The notes under the pieces were generated by a model that was given only the letters and a program-made list of their open reading frames with translations, ran no database searches and was not told the DNA's origin. This document shows positions 5,411 through 6,790 of a stretch of 6,790 nt of DNA, in pieces. This stretch comes from a virus. Lineage: Duplodnaviria; Heunggongvirae; Uroviricota; Caudoviricetes. The position numbers and the translations under genes were made by a program. The stretch lies in IMG/VR virus record IMGVR_UViG_3300015179_000038, one strand, 5' to 3'. The number at the start of each line of letters is the position of its first letter. Positions within the stretch are counted from its first letter, which is position 1.

Positions 5411-5516
5411 TGCCTGATGCGCTTCGCTTATCAGGCCTACATGATCTCTGCAATATATAGAATTTGCGCGATTTTCAGGAAGGATATGGTACTCATGCCG
5501 CATCCGGCATGAGTAC
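5411..5516. repeat. REP-like palindromic units in the allE-glxK convergent intergenic region
   Basis: GCCTGATGCG...CTTATCAGGCCTAC (5412-5440) is the classical REP signature. A second perfect 12-bp-stem hairpin GTACTCATGCCG-CATC-CGGCATGAGTAC (5489-5516) contains a REP-like GCCGCATCCGGC core; a small GCGAT-ATAA-ATCGC hairpin follows at 5528-5541. Confidence 0.6.
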
Positions 5517-5561
5517 TGCACTCTTATGCGATATAAATCGCATCCGCTTTAAAGGTAAGGG

Positions 5562-6707
5562 TCAGTTTTTAATTCCCTGACCTATTTTAATGGCGCAGGC
5601 AATATTTCGCGCGCTGTTGAAGAGATTGGTTTCACCGCTGGCGAGCACTTCGGCTAAAGGTGCCAGACGAGGCAAAATGCTGAATACCGCGTCAATGCCG
5701 TACTGGTGCACCACTTCCACGCCATCACCCAATACGCCAGCAATCCCAATCACCGGTACATTAAACTGCTTCGCCACCGACGCCACACCCAGCGGCGCTT
5801 TACCGCCTGCCGTTTGCGAGTCGATGCGCCCTTCCCCGGTAATCACCAGTGCTGCGCCCTGCACTGCCTGCGCAAGATTGACCGCATTCAACACAATCTC
5901 AATACCTGGTTTAATATCCGCATTGAGAAATACCGCCGCCGCAATACCCATACCGCCCGCAGCGCCGCCGCCCGCCATCTGGCAGACGTTGATTTCAGTT
6001 TGCTGTTGTAAAACACGGGCGTAATTTTGCAGCCCCTGTTCCAGCTCTTCGACCATTTCCGGCGTTGCCCCTTTTTGCGGGCCAAACACCGCCGCCGCGC
6101 CGCGTGCCCCTACCAGCGGGTTATCAACGTCACATGCTACTTCAATATGGCAATTCGCCAGACGCGGATCGCATTCATCCATCTCAATGCTTGCCACGCG
6201 CGCTAAATTACCGCCGTTAGCCACCAGCACCTGACCGTCGGCATCAAGGAAACGCACACCGAGCGCCTGCGCCATGCCCATACCGCCGTCGACCGTCGCA
6301 CTGCCGCCAATGCCGAGAATAATATGGCGAATGCCGTTATCCAGCGCATGACGAATTAACTCCCCCGTACCAAAACTGGAGGCCAGCAACGGATTACGCT
6401 TTTCAGGCGCGACCAGCATCAGGCCACTTGCTGCCGCCATCTCAATCACCGCCGTTTTCCCGTCGCCGGTAAGGCCATAAAAAGCATTCACTTTTTCGCC
6501 CATCGGCCCGCAGACTTCAAGCGTCACGATGTTGCCGCCCGTCGCGGCGACCATCGCATCCACCGTCCCTTCGCCGCCATCCGCTATCGGCAAACAGATA
6601 TAGTTCGCATCGGGAAAGAGGGTCGAAAACCCGGCTTTAATTGCCTGACAACATTTTTCTGCACTTAAGCTCTCTTTAAAAGAGTCTGGCGCAATGACAA
6701 TCTTCAT
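5562..6707 (-). CDS. glxK: Glycerate kinase II (glycerate 2-kinase, allantoin/glyoxylate pathway)
   Basis: The track ORF (383 aa) starts at TTG 6713; the likely start is ATG 6707 ([27 protein letters not shown]...) with AAGGA SD, giving 381 aa. Full-length glycerate kinase family protein, recognised as E. coli GlxK. TGA stop at 5564-5562. Confidence 0.93.
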   Translation of the reverse strand: MKIVIAPDSFKESLSAEKCCQAIKAGFSTLFPDANYICLPIADGGEGTVDAMVAATGGNIVTLEVCGPMGEKVNAFYGLTGDGKTAVIEMAAASGLMLVAPEKRNPLLASSFGTGELIRHALDNGIRHIILGIGGSATVDGGMGMAQALGVRFLDADGQVLVANGGNLARVASIEMDECDPRLANCHIEVACDVDNPLVGARGAAAVFGPQKGATPEMVEELEQGLQNYARVLQQQTEINVCQMAGGGAAGGMGIAAAVFLNADIKPGIEIVLNAVNLAQAVQGAALVITGEGRIDSQTAGGKAPLGVASVAKQFNVPVIGIAGVLGDGVEVVHQYGIDAVFSILPRLAPLAEVLASGETNLFNSARNIACAIKIGQGIKN

Positions 6708-6758
6708 TATCAATCCTTTTTCAACAAATTATTCGATGCGTTCCCACGGAATAAGATT

Positions 6759-6790
6759 AGATCGGAAGAGCACACGTCTGAACTCCAGTC
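6759..6790. other. Illumina TruSeq adapter sequence (technical artefact at contig end)
   Basis: AGATCGGAAGAGCACACGTCTGAACTCCAGTC is the standard TruSeq read-1 3' adapter. Genomic sequence ends at 6758. Confidence 0.95.

Noticed and set aside
5590-6085. Track ORFs 5590-6024 (+), 5706-6011 (+) and 5888-6085 (-)
   Set aside because: They are internal to glxK in other frames; Ala/Pro/Arg-rich translations typical of a GC-rich coding region read out of frame.

Overview
The window is the int-proximal end of an integrative element (about 1-4548) joined directly to E. coli-type allantoin-pathway core genes (allE 4549-5334 on +, glxK 5562-6707 on -). The element carries a P4-family tyrosine integrase (3147-4394, -), an AlpA/Vis-type regulator (2583-2771, -), and a small ribbon-helix-helix-like ORF (1812-1991, +) next to a divergent promoter region with three copies of the palindrome GTGTT(G/A)AACAC. 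Left of that lies a tightly packed, translationally coupled minus-strand operon of six small or unassignable proteins (E, D, C, orf68, B, A) that runs off the left edge; C and D are paralogs. Non-coding signals include five 10-bp phased direct repeats and a perfect 16-bp palindrome just 3' of int, TGAAACA repeats and a tandem 12-mer in the putative att region between int and allE, three intrinsic terminators inside the element, and REP-like palindromes between allE and glxK. The conserved allE frame begins at 4549 with AAG directly after two stop codons, so the gene has no canonical start in this sequence. The last 32 nt (6759-6790) are Illumina TruSeq adapter, i.e. an untrimmed contig end. 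I see no recognisable defence, toxin or enzymatic domain in the element cargo; its function is unassigned, and all family assignments are by eye without database searches.
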